Virus record (IMG/VR): IMGVR_UViG_3300020469_000011
Coordinates: 1-64,000 of that record
DNA: 64,000 nucleotides
Source: a virus
Strand: one strand, 5' to 3'
Below the pieces are notes generated by a model. It searched no databases. It was not told the DNA's origin and was given only the letters and a program-made list of their open reading frames with translations. Positions 38,357 through 47,522 of this stretch are shown here, one piece after another. A program made the position numbers and the translations under genes. Every line of letters begins with the position of its first letter. Within the stretch, counting starts at the first letter, position 1.

Positions 38357-41224
38357 ATGTTTAACACATCTAATTTCACACACAGGCACACTGGTCCAAA
38401 TTTAAAAGAACAAAAATACATGTTGGAATTTTTAGGTTGTAAATCTTTAGAAGATTTATTATCACAAACAGTTCCTCATAATATACTAGAAAATAAAAGT
38501 AATCTTGACTTAGATCCAGTTAGTGAAGAAAAAGCACTAGATGAATTAAAATCCATAATAGATAAAAATAAAATATGGAAGAGTTATCTAGGTCAAGGTT
38601 ATTATGGAACGTACCTACCTTCTGTTATTCAAAGAAATCTTTTAGAAAATCCTGGATGGTATACATCATATACACCATATCAAGCTGAGATAGCTCAAGG
38701 TAGACTTGAAGCATTATTAAACTATCAACAGATGGTAATTGATCTTACCGCAATGGATTTAGCAAATGCTTCATTATTAGATGAGGCAACTGCCGCTGCA
38801 GAAGCTATGACTCTTTGCCATCGTCAATCCAAAAAGAAAAGCAACTTATTTTTTGTAGATTCAACAGTACATGAACAAACAATAGAATTATTAAAAACAA
38901 GAGCACAACCTTTAGACATTCAGTTGACTATAGGAAATCTTGAAGACATTATAGAACCCGAAAAATATTTTGGTTGTCTTTTACAGTACCCAAATACGTT
39001 CGGTCACATAGAAGATTGGTCTGATTTGATTGAAAATTTACACTCAGATAATGTACTTGTTTGTATGGCTACAGATTTATTAGCACTTACTATTTTAAAA
39101 CCTCCTGGAGAAATGGGTGCTGATATTGTGTTTGGTAGTAGTCAAAGGTTTGGTGTACCAATGGGTTATGGTGGACCTCATGCTGCATTTTTTGCTATCA
39201 AAGAAAACCTCAAAAGAAGTTTACCTGGTAGATTAATCGGTGTATCAAAAGATAGAAGGGGTAAAACTGCATATAGATTAAGTTTACAAACAAGAGAGCA
39301 GCACATTCGTAGAGAAAAGGCAACAAGTAATATTTGTACAGCACAAGTTCTACTTGCTGTTATTGCTGGCTTTTATGCAGTCTATCACGGACCTAATGGA
39401 TTAAAACAAATTGCTGAAAGAGTTAATACTTTAACAAAACTTTTATATGGTGTATTAACAGATAGTGGATATTCATCTAATGAAAACTTTTTTGATACAC
39501 TGCTGATACATGTAGGAGATAAACAAGATAAAATTATTGGTAAAGCTGAACTATTTGAAGTTAATCTTAGAATTGTTGGAGATAATTTCGTAGGAATAAG
39601 TTTAGATGAAACAACTACTTTAGAAGATGTAATTGATTTGTTTGTAGTTTTTGATATTGATACCCATGAATATAGTAAAGATATAGATAATATCTTATCG
39701 TTGTATAGTGAATCGGGAATTTCTTCTAATTTAAAAAGAGAATCTGAATACTTAACACATCCTGTTTTTCATGATTATCACTCAGAAACTGAGTTGATGA
39801 GATATATGCATAAACTTGAAGACAGAGACCTGGCTTTAAATCGTGCAATGATTCCACTTGGTTCATGTACTATGAAATTAAATAGCACAAGTGAAATGAT
39901 TCCAGTAACATGGCCTACCATTGGATTACTTCATCCTTTTGTACCAATTGATCAGTCAGAAGGTATAAGAGAAATGATGAATCAGTTAGAAGAGTGGTTA
40001 TTAGATTTAACAGGTTTTGATGCAATTAGTATGCAACCCAATTCAGGTGCTCAAGGAGAATATGCAGGTTTATTAGCTATACGTGATTATCATATTAAAA
40101 ATAATGAATCTCATAGAAACATTTGTTTGATACCAAATTCTGCTCATGGAACAAATCCAGCAAGCGCACAAATGTGTGGAATGAAAGTTATAGTGGTTAA
40201 TTGTGATTCAGAAGGTAATGTAGACATAGAAGACCTGACTAAAAAAACAGAAAAACACGCAATGAATTTAAGTGCGTTAATGGTTACTTATCCTAGTACT
40301 CACGGTGTTTTTGAAGAAGAGATTGAGAGTATTTGTAAAATAGTACAAAACAACGGTGGTCAAGTTTATATGGATGGCGCAAATTTAAACGCATTAATAG
40401 GAGTAGCACAACCTGGTAAATTTGGTCCTGATGTCATGCATTTTAATTTACATAAAACATTTTGTATACCTCACGGTGGTGGAGGTCCTGGAATGGGACC
40501 GATAGGAGTTAAAAAACATTTAGAACCTCATTTACCAAATCATCCAATAATAGGTTTAAATGATAAGTGGAGTGGTGGTTCTATTAGTGCTGCACCTTGG
40601 GGAAGTCCAAGTATATTGCCGATTAGTTGGATGTATATCAGAATGATGGGTGGAAAAAATCTTAGAACAGCAAGTCAAGTCAGTATATTAAATGCAAACT
40701 ATGTCGCTGAGAGATTAAGCAAATATTATCCAATATTGTATCGTGGAAAAAATGGAAGACTTGCTCATGAATGTATTATTGATATACGTCCTATAAAAAG
40801 TAGATCAGGTATATCAGAAGAAGACATAGCAAAACGTCTTATGGATTATGGATTTCATGCACCAACAATGAGTTGGCCAGTTCCAGGTACATTAATGATA
40901 GAACCTACCGAAAGTGAATCATTAGTAGAACTAGATAAATTTTGTGATGCTATGTTGAAAATTGGTGAAGAGATACAGAAGGTAGAAAACAATGAATGGA
41001 ATGTAGAAAATAATCCCTTAGTAAATGCTCCACATACACAATCAGATATTGTTGATAAAGAATGGGTTTACAATTATGATTATGAGAGAGAAGTTGCTGT
41101 ATTTCCACTAGAATATATTAAAGATAATAAATTTTGGCCTTTTGTAAATCGTATTGATAATGCATATGGCGATAGAAATTTAGTCTGTTCTTGTCCGTCA
41201 TTAGAAGAATATACGGAGGAATGA
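38357..41224 (+). CDS. gcvP: glycine cleavage system P protein (single-chain glycine decarboxylase)
   Basis: YTPYQAEIAQGRLE, GYGGPHA, REKATSNICTAQ, PLGSCTMKLN, PLP-binding NLHKTFCIPHGGGGPG, EPTESE. Confidence 0.97.
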   Translation: MFNTSNFTHRHTGPNLKEQKYMLEFLGCKSLEDLLSQTVPHNILENKSNLDLDPVSEEKALDELKSIIDKNKIWKSYLGQGYYGTYLPSVIQRNLLENPGWYTSYTPYQAEIAQGRLEALLNYQQMVIDLTAMDLANASLLDEATAAAEAMTLCHRQSKKKSNLFFVDSTVHEQTIELLKTRAQPLDIQLTIGNLEDIIEPEKYFGCLLQYPNTFGHIEDWSDLIENLHSDNVLVCMATDLLALTILKPPGEMGADIVFGSSQRFGVPMGYGGPHAAFFAIKENLKRSLPGRLIGVSKDRRGKTAYRLSLQTREQHIRREKATSNICTAQVLLAVIAGFYAVYHGPNGLKQIAERVNTLTKLLYGVLTDSGYSSNENFFDTLLIHVGDKQDKIIGKAELFEVNLRIVGDNFVGISLDETTTLEDVIDLFVVFDIDTHEYSKDIDNILSLYSESGISSNLKRESEYLTHPVFHDYHSETELMRYMHKLEDRDLALNRAMIPLGSCTMKLNSTSEMIPVTWPTIGLLHPFVPIDQSEGIREMMNQLEEWLLDLTGFDAISMQPNSGAQGEYAGLLAIRDYHIKNNESHRNICLIPNSAHGTNPASAQMCGMKVIVVNCDSEGNVDIEDLTKKTEKHAMNLSALMVTYPSTHGVFEEEIESICKIVQNNGGQVYMDGANLNALIGVAQPGKFGPDVMHFNLHKTFCIPHGGGGPGMGPIGVKKHLEPHLPNHPIIGLNDKWSGGSISAAPWGSPSILPISWMYIRMMGGKNLRTASQVSILNANYVAERLSKYYPILYRGKNGRLAHECIIDIRPIKSRSGISEEDIAKRLMDYGFHAPTMSWPVPGTLMIEPTESESLVELDKFCDAMLKIGEEIQKVENNEWNVENNPLVNAPHTQSDIVDKEWVYNYDYEREVAVFPLEYIKDNKFWPFVNRIDNAYGDRNLVCSCPSLEEYTEE

Positions 41225-41808
41225 TGTTTGTAGCTATTATAATAGGCTATCATAAAAAAGACAGTTTCAATCATCAAGGCATAGTAAAAACTATTACATC
41301 TGAATGTGAAAATAATGGAATAAACTATTGTCTTATAGACTTATATAAAGATAATTTTAATCCAAGCAATCAACCAGATAATAAAATTAAGATATCCCAT
41401 TATCATGAAATCTTATTGAAAGCAACTCATCATATCTATGTAAGTCCTGTTTGGTGGTTTAGGTGTACTAGTATGTTAGAGGGGTTTTTTGATCAAATAT
41501 TCATACCTGGCTTTGCATATAATTTTAAACAAATTACAAAAACATACGGCATTCCAGTTCCAAGATTATCAGATAAGAAAGTGTTAACCTATTTGACACA
41601 TGGTGCGCCCGCATTACCAGTTTATACAATTTATCTCAATAGTGTATGGGGCAGATTACAACTAGGAGTTTTCAGTTTTGTCTATGGGTGGTTCAGACCA
41701 AAAATAAGACAGTTTTTCAGTGTTCCATTTTGCAGTGATGATACTAGAAAAAAGTATATAAAAACAGTGAGAAAGGATATTTTAAAAGAAATTCAAAAAA
41801 GTTCTTGA
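41221..41808 (+). CDS. flavodoxin-fold NAD(P)H dehydrogenase (MdaB/KefF-like)
   Basis: H...SFN, DLY...FNP, SPVWW...MLEGFFD...PGFAY, THGAP. Confidence 0.8.
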   Translation: MMFVAIIIGYHKKDSFNHQGIVKTITSECENNGINYCLIDLYKDNFNPSNQPDNKIKISHYHEILLKATHHIYVSPVWWFRCTSMLEGFFDQIFIPGFAYNFKQITKTYGIPVPRLSDKKVLTYLTHGAPALPVYTIYLNSVWGRLQLGVFSFVYGWFRPKIRQFFSVPFCSDDTRKKYIKTVRKDILKEIQKSS

Positions 41809-41833
41809 CAAATACAAAATCTTCTGATATGAT
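41805..41833 (+). promoter_or_regulatory. sigma70-type promoter for the tRNA cluster
   Basis: TTGACA-17 nt-TATGAT with TG extension, 20 nt before tRNA-Asn. Confidence 0.75.
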
Positions 41834-41852
41834 CTTATTATTGAATCGACAC

Positions 41853-41928
41853 TCCCTGATAGCTCAGTTGGTAGAGCAAAGGACTGTTAATCCTTTGGTC
41901 CCTGGTTCGAGTCCAGGTCAGGGAGCCA
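41853..41928 (+). tRNA. tRNA-Asn(GTT)
   Basis: Cloverleaf; anticodon loop CTGTTAA; GGTTCGAGTCC T-arm; encoded CCA. Confidence 0.95.
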
Positions 41929-41935
41929 AAATTTA

Positions 41936-42012
41936 GGCCTGTTAGTTCAGTTGGTTAGAACGCTTGCCTGTCACGCAAGAGGTCACCGGTTCAAGTCCGG
42001 TACAGGTCGCCA
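41936..42012 (+). tRNA. tRNA-Asp(GTC)
   Basis: Cloverleaf; loop CTGTCAC; GGTTCAAGTCC; encoded CCA. Confidence 0.95.
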
Positions 42013-42109
42013 ATTATAGAGAGTAAGATGAACACGTTTTCAAAATTTTTTTTAATATATATGACAGTTATTACTATTGTTACTATAATAGATTTTGTTT
42101 AAGGTAAAC

Positions 42110-42421
42110 ATGGCAGAGCAACATCCTTTTGGTGAACAAGCTGAAATACATGACCATTTACAACTTCCTAATAATGATGCAGAGAGATATATTAAGAACT
42201 TTGATAATGGTTATTCTACTTCTGTAATTAAGAATAGTGTATCATATGGAGGAAAGCAAGGTTTATATGAAATGGGAGTGATGTATGAAGGTATTCTTAC
42301 AGAAGTACCTGGAATCACTGTAGAAAATGACACTGTTATTGGTTGGTTAGAGTTTGAAGAAGTAATTGAATTAATGAATAAAATTGAAAACTTGGAGTCA
42401 AAAAATGCGTACATCAATTAA
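42110..42421 (+). CDS. conserved phage hypothetical protein
   Basis: FDNGY..SVI...SYGG..GLYE..V...TVIGWL motif. Confidence 0.65.
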   Translation: MAEQHPFGEQAEIHDHLQLPNNDAERYIKNFDNGYSTSVIKNSVSYGGKQGLYEMGVMYEGILTEVPGITVENDTVIGWLEFEEVIELMNKIENLESKNAYIN

Positions 42422-42611
42422 AAAAGATAAAAAAGCAAACTACAAAAGAAAACTCATGGTAAGACATGCTCTTGACCAAATTGAATATATGAAAAAGACC
42501 GCAAAAGAAAATAAAGAATCTAGCGAAGTGATTGCCAGAAAAGAGGCAAATATGGTAAATTTTTATAAAAGTAAAATCAAAACATTTGATAATGTGCGCA
42601 ATAATCTATGA
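42405..42611 (+). CDS. small basic hypothetical protein
   Basis: GGAG RBS before ATG 42405. Confidence 0.5.
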   Translation: MRTSIKKDKKANYKRKLMVRHALDQIEYMKKTAKENKESSEVIARKEANMVNFYKSKIKTFDNVRNNL

Positions 42612-42970
42612 ATATTCATAGCATACAACTAACAGAAAAAGCATCAAATGCAATAGTTGAATCTATTGTAGAAAGCGGAGAAAATATTAATGATGTCTGT
42701 TTACGTGTCGGTGCTAATAAAGGAGGTTGTTCTGGTTGGAGATGGGAATTAGAAACTGAGCCAGTTGACAATAAAAAAGAAACCGATCTAATTTTTAACA
42801 ATAGAGATATAACAGTTATAGTAGATAAAAATATACTCAACGATGTTATTGGTAGTGTCAAAATAGATTATGATACTAAAAATATGGTTGAGCAAGGATT
42901 TGTTTTCATACGCTCAACTGGCCAACAGTGTGGATGTGGTGAATCTTTCACACCAGTAAATGAAATATAA
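42608..42970 (+). CDS. iscA: A-type Fe-S carrier (IscA/ErpA/HesB family)
   Basis: LTEKA, LRVG..GGCSG, CGCGESF. Confidence 0.9.
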   Translation: MNIHSIQLTEKASNAIVESIVESGENINDVCLRVGANKGGCSGWRWELETEPVDNKKETDLIFNNRDITVIVDKNILNDVIGSVKIDYDTKNMVEQGFVFIRSTGQQCGCGESFTPVNEI

Positions 42971-42976
42971 AACTAT

Positions 42977-43063
42977 GCGGAGGGTTCCGGCCAGCTGTCT
43001 TATACGCAGTCAGTTAAACAGGCCGGCGGTGCTATAGAGGTTCAACTCCTCCTCTCCGTACCA
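42977..43063 (+). ncRNA. atypical tRNA-like RNA, anticodon TAT (Ile-like), non-canonical D-arm
   Basis: 7-bp acceptor GCGGAGG/TCTCCGT + A-CCA; T-loop TTCAACT; anticodon arm GCTGT-CTTATAC-GCAGT; CCGGCC/GGCCGG helix enclosing the anticodon arm. Confidence 0.75.
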
Positions 43064-43081
43064 ACATAATTTATTTATACT

Positions 43082-43462
43082 ATGGATACCGCAAATAATG
43101 ATTTAATCTTCAACAGTGATTTAAAAGAAACTGGTGATGAAGAACCGCAAACTATTTCCTATAACTCTTCCGTTGTAGATGAAATCGTAGAAAATGACCC
43201 ACAATTAACTAAGATTGTAACTCCAGTTGATGACTGGACATATTGGGCAAAATGGGCAGGTAATTTCTTTCTTATTGTAGGAACATTAATAACTAATTTA
43301 GAACTATTTCCATATAACTTTATTTTTAATCTAATTGGATTATCATTGTGGGCAATTGTAGCAGCACAATGGAACGACAGAAGTTTGGTAGTTCTAAATA
43401 TTTTTCTTTTAGGCACAGTTGCAATGACGTTGGCGCAACACATTAAAGAATTTTTCTTATAA
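43082..43462 (+). CDS. membrane protein (DUF6552-like)
   Basis: KWAG..FL..G...PYN......G..LW..V...WNDRSL..LN; three TM segments. Confidence 0.65.
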   Translation: MDTANNDLIFNSDLKETGDEEPQTISYNSSVVDEIVENDPQLTKIVTPVDDWTYWAKWAGNFFLIVGTLITNLELFPYNFIFNLIGLSLWAIVAAQWNDRSLVVLNIFLLGTVAMTLAQHIKEFFL

Positions 43463-43629
43463 AGGTAAAGATGACAGAACAAACATTGAAAACAATTGAA
43501 TTTTATCAAAATGAACAGATTCGTATGTTACGAGAATTTACAAATAATTTAGAAAAAGTTACTAAACAATTTCAAGAAGTTGTAGAAATAATTAAAGAAA
43601 AGAATTTAAAGTTTGATTAATTATCTATT

Positions 43630-43704
43630 GTGCCTATAGTTAAACGGATATAACAGAAGACTTCTAATCTTCCATTCTAGGTTCGATTCCTAGTGGGCGC
43701 ACCA
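43630..43704 (+). tRNA. tRNA-Arg(TCT)
   Basis: Cloverleaf; loop CTTCTAA; GGTTCGATTCC; encoded CCA. Confidence 0.95.
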
Positions 43705-43845
43705 TAGAATTAAAATGCAATTAATTTTGCATTTAAGAAATTTCTAAGTAAATTTAATAAACTTAGAAATATAACGAGGTGAAATTCCCGTTATTTTTAA
43801 CAAGGTAGTAAAATACCTATTTTAAATTTTTATAGAGGTTATACA

Positions 43846-45195
43846 ATGTTGAAAATTAATGAATCTGTCAAGCTCGAATCTGGCGGAAGCTTTATTCAAG
43901 AACATGCAGATACAAATAGAGAAAACCTAAAAGCTGCAGAAAAAAGATATCCTGAAATGTATGATGAAGAGCATTTGAAAGAACTAGGATTAATACATAA
44001 AGAGCACTGTTCTTTAGTTGAAACTAAATTAATTCAAGTTGAATCAAATACAGAAATTTCTAAAAATGATGTTCGTGCAGGCGGTGTAAATGCAGAGATG
44101 AAAAATTTACATTCTTCTTTGGAACAAATCGGATATTTACTAAAACATCCAGCTATTTGTATTTACGAAATAGAAGATTCAACTCTTGATGGTGAAAAGA
44201 CTTATGAACTTTTAGATGGTAGAACACGATTTGATAAATTACGTGAATATGAATATAAAAATGCTATTTGTGAAGTATATGCAAAAGCACCAAATGCAAC
44301 TGACCAGGAAGCTAATATAGGTAAAGATATTTTAAAAGCACAGGCTAATTTCAGTGGCACAACTATTAGAGGAGTTACTAAAGAACAAGATGTTATTGCT
44401 TTCTTACATTCTCAAATGAAAAAAGGAAACATTTCTTGTAATTCAAGAGGTGGTGCAAGCTATAGTGAAACTCTTGAAATGCTTGAAACTACTTATAAGA
44501 ATTATAAGTATAGACTTCAAAAAAGAAGAACATTAGCACAAGAGGCGATCAATACTTATAATAATGGTGAAGGAGTAGATGTTAAATTTTGGAAAGATTC
44601 TAAAACTGTTAAAAAATGGGCAGCATCAGAAGATGATGCTTCATTAAAACAAAATAGTGAATTTTTTCTTCAAACGGTTTCTGATAATAAAAATAAATCT
44701 AATGTAAAACCAGTAAGTAAGATAAGAAAATATATAGATAGTAAACCCGTCTATCATAAAGAAACCGGAGTTTGTATATCTGAAGGAGTAAAATATTTAT
44801 TTAAAGATACAGATCAGCCAAGACTTACTGTTTTAGAAGCTGCTGAACTCGGAGTCAAATTTCCTGACCATAAAATTAGAATAGTAGCCTTCATAAAAGA
44901 AACAGAAGCTATTAATACAGTAGGAAATTTTAATAAAAAGAGAGATGAATTTGTTAATAATATTAATACAATTATAATCAATTTTTCAACTACTTTTTTT
45001 AACAAAGCAAAAAAAATAAATTGTCCTGTAGAAATCTATGGTATTTTACCAAGCATTGCTTCTGTTCATAATCTTGATGAACTTATATTGTACGATAAAT
45101 CTGCAGACTGTTGGTTTCAAAAAAATCCTTTATCTGGTATCAGAGATGATGCTTTTACTTCCGATAAGTTAAATGAGGATATGACCGAAGAATAA
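43846..45195 (+). CDS. ParB/sulfiredoxin N-terminal-domain-like protein
   Basis: VRAGG, G....P, YELLDGRTR. Confidence 0.6.
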   Translation: MLKINESVKLESGGSFIQEHADTNRENLKAAEKRYPEMYDEEHLKELGLIHKEHCSLVETKLIQVESNTEISKNDVRAGGVNAEMKNLHSSLEQIGYLLKHPAICIYEIEDSTLDGEKTYELLDGRTRFDKLREYEYKNAICEVYAKAPNATDQEANIGKDILKAQANFSGTTIRGVTKEQDVIAFLHSQMKKGNISCNSRGGASYSETLEMLETTYKNYKYRLQKRRTLAQEAINTYNNGEGVDVKFWKDSKTVKKWAASEDDASLKQNSEFFLQTVSDNKNKSNVKPVSKIRKYIDSKPVYHKETGVCISEGVKYLFKDTDQPRLTVLEAAELGVKFPDHKIRIVAFIKETEAINTVGNFNKKRDEFVNNINTIIINFSTTFFNKAKKINCPVEIYGILPSIASVHNLDELILYDKSADCWFQKNPLSGIRDDAFTSDKLNEDMTEE

Positions 45196-45203
45196 CACAT
45201 TGA

Positions 45204-45243
45204 GAGTTAGAGCAGAAGAATTTAATCTGCTCTAACTTTTTTT
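45204..45243 (+). terminator. intrinsic terminator
   Basis: AGTTAGAGCAGA/TCTGCTCTAACT stem followed by a T run. Confidence 0.8.
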
Positions 45244-45254
45244 ATTTGAATATA

Positions 45255-45332
45255 AAAAAATCCCTTGACATTTCCTCCTCATCTGCTATGATATGATCAT
45301 GTTGAAAAACACCCAACCCATCTAAGGAAGTC
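45255..45332 (+). promoter_or_regulatory. early promoter cassette, copy B
   Basis: TTGACA 45265-70, TATGAT 45287-92, conserved leader GATCATGTTGA..ACACCCAA. Confidence 0.8.
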
Positions 45333-45602
45333 ATGGAAAAAATCAAAATTATCCCAAGCAGACGTTGGAAAAATTCCAAGACTGGAGAAACCGCTTCCAT
45401 CACAAGTGCTGCTCCATATCACAATCTCAGAACTCAACGTGATTGGAACGTAGAGACAAGAGGATTCACGGTTCGCATCACCAAATCTGATGGAACAGTA
45501 ATTATTGGAGCAGGTTACCCACCATTTGAAACCCATGAGGAAGTCAGTAAGTTTGTTGCAGACTATGTAAATTTGTTTAATGCTGCAATTGAAACTGCAT
45601 AA
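45333..45602 (+). CDS. hypothetical early protein
   Basis: AAGGA RBS after the promoter cassette. Confidence 0.6.
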   Translation: MEKIKIIPSRRWKNSKTGETASITSAAPYHNLRTQRDWNVETRGFTVRITKSDGTVIIGAGYPPFETHEEVSKFVADYVNLFNAAIETA

Positions 45603-45623
45603 AATATTTTTAGAGTACAAATC

Positions 45624-45818
45624 ATGACATTTGATATTAGAAAATGCGTAGTGGATTCAGTAAGAAGAAATGTCTCAAATCGTCAAGAGACTGTTGAAAA
45701 CCTGAGAACACAAATAGCAGAATGGGATGAAAAAGAATTGGGGAGAAAGGGTAAGGCAGGTAAACGTCTTCTTGAACATCGTCTGCATGAAATTGAAAAA
45801 AATGATTTTTCCCCTTGA
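45624..45818 (+). CDS. hypothetical protein
   Basis: Small ORF whose stop codon overlaps the next -35 box. Confidence 0.5.
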   Translation: MTFDIRKCVVDSVRRNVSNRQETVENLRTQIAEWDEKELGRKGKAGKRLLEHRLHEIEKNDFSP

Positions 45819-45887
45819 CATTTCCTTCCCATCTGCTATGATCTGATCATTGAGTGAGACAACTCCCCACCACAATTCAGAGGAAGC
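45806..45887 (+). promoter_or_regulatory. early promoter cassette, copy C
   Basis: TTGACA 45815-20, TATGAT 45837-42. Confidence 0.8.
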
Positions 45888-47423
45888 ATGACTCCTACTA
45901 TAGAGCAACAAGCAATTCTTGAGAATTTTACAAAAGTCAGTGGAAACATCAAAGTTCTTGCTTTGGCAGGAACCGGTAAGACTTCAACTCTTCTTGAGCT
46001 TGTTAATCAAAATCCTACTCAGCGTTTCCTCTACCTCGCTTTCAATCGTGACGTTAAAGAAGAAGTTGAACGTAAAGCTCATGCTAACGGTCTTGATAAT
46101 CTGAAGGTTAAAACTCAAAATGGTTTTTGTCTTGAGCTTGCAAGAGCGGCAGGTTTAAAGTGTAGAAATATTAAGGGATACATGTCTGTGAAAGATATTA
46201 TCTCAAGATTGAATCTTACTGGAAATGACAAGTTTTTGGCGTACCATGCTTTTCAAATCATGACACGTTTCATGGCTTCCCGTGATAAGACAATTGAACT
46301 CAAGCATGTTCCAAAGGATGTAGAGGAAAAAATCTACAATAACATTCGCCGTTATACAAATATGACTGAGGACAAAATTCTCAAAGAGACCGACAAGCGT
46401 AAAAAAAGTGCCATGCAGATTGCACAACGATTGTTTTCTTCTTTTGATTTTAACAGTGATGTTATGCTGCATGATGTATATGTGAAGTTAGTACAACTCC
46501 ACTACAATGGAATTCCTGTTAGTGAGGATGTTGTTTTGTCAGATGAATCACAAGATGTAAATCCTGTATTTTCAGATATTGTTTCACGCATGACTGCCCG
46601 AGTAATTGCGGTTGGTGACAACAATCAAGCTATTTATCAGTTCCGCGGTGCACAAGATTACTTAAAAGAAATGCCAGCAGAAGCCGAATTTACACTTACA
46701 CAATCATTTCGTTTCATTCCAGAAATAGCGGAAAAAGCAAATGAACTGCTTGAGCATATGACAGATTTAAGACTCAAAGGTTTTGAAGGAGTTGAAGAAG
46801 ATAATACTTCTGCTGTACTTTGCCGAACAAATATGGGATGTTTGACAGAAGCAATCTTTTTGATGGAAGCAAATACTCCATTTGCTCTTGAAGGTGGAGT
46901 TGACAATGAAGGTTTTAAAATGATTGAGGATATTGTTTCTCTTTCTAATGGTGATACTTATAATGTAAGACATCCTGATCTTAAAGGTTTAAGAAGTATT
47001 CAAGAATTTGAAAAAGAATTAGATGAAGACCTGCTAAATAAAGAGTGGAAAACTTCTTTGCGAGTTATTGATAAAATGGGTGGTATTGACAGTGCCTTGT
47101 CAATGGTTGACCGAATCAAAGAATCACAACGAAAAGTTCCCGCTGATTCTGTTGTAATCACTACGATGCACAAGTCAAAAGGTAAAGAGTGGAATACCGT
47201 TCGCATTGCTAATGATGCAGAATCAGTTTTTTATAGAACTGGTGTTGATGAGATGGGCAGAAAAGTCCGAGAAGCAATAGAATTCAAGGATGCACCTGTA
47301 ATGGAAAAAAACCTCTTTTATGTAGCAGTTACTAGAGCAAAGCGCAATCTCTCCCTTGGCGCTTCTGAAAGATTATTTAAACATGAAGAAAGTGCTAATA
47401 CAGTAATGGATATAGCTGCTTAA
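45888..47423 (+). CDS. UvrD/Rep-like SF1 helicase
   Basis: ALAGTGKT, YLAFN, DESQD, VGD.NQAIYQFRGA, LTQSFRF, TMHKSKGKEW, YVAVTRAK. Confidence 0.9.
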   Translation: MTPTIEQQAILENFTKVSGNIKVLALAGTGKTSTLLELVNQNPTQRFLYLAFNRDVKEEVERKAHANGLDNLKVKTQNGFCLELARAAGLKCRNIKGYMSVKDIISRLNLTGNDKFLAYHAFQIMTRFMASRDKTIELKHVPKDVEEKIYNNIRRYTNMTEDKILKETDKRKKSAMQIAQRLFSSFDFNSDVMLHDVYVKLVQLHYNGIPVSEDVVLSDESQDVNPVFSDIVSRMTARVIAVGDNNQAIYQFRGAQDYLKEMPAEAEFTLTQSFRFIPEIAEKANELLEHMTDLRLKGFEGVEEDNTSAVLCRTNMGCLTEAIFLMEANTPFALEGGVDNEGFKMIEDIVSLSNGDTYNVRHPDLKGLRSIQEFEKELDEDLLNKEWKTSLRVIDKMGGIDSALSMVDRIKESQRKVPADSVVITTMHKSKGKEWNTVRIANDAESVFYRTGVDEMGRKVREAIEFKDAPVMEKNLFYVAVTRAKRNLSLGASERLFKHEESANTVMDIAA

Positions 47424-47459
47424 TGATACACAACACTACACACGAAAAAATGTATTTTC

Positions 47460-47467
47460 TATAAATA
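47460..47467 (+). promoter_or_regulatory. T4-type late promoter TATAAATA
   Basis: Exact consensus in the intergenic region. Confidence 0.5.
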
Positions 47468-47522
47468 TAACTCCGTCTAAAATACATAAATATAGAAAAT
47501 ACTTAATATAGGAAAATATTAA

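Noticed and set aside
42977-43063. Intron-containing or selenocysteine tRNA interpretation
   Set aside because: The anticodon is UAU rather than UCA, the acceptor stem is 7 bp, and removing a segment does not restore a canonical D-arm before the anticodon stem
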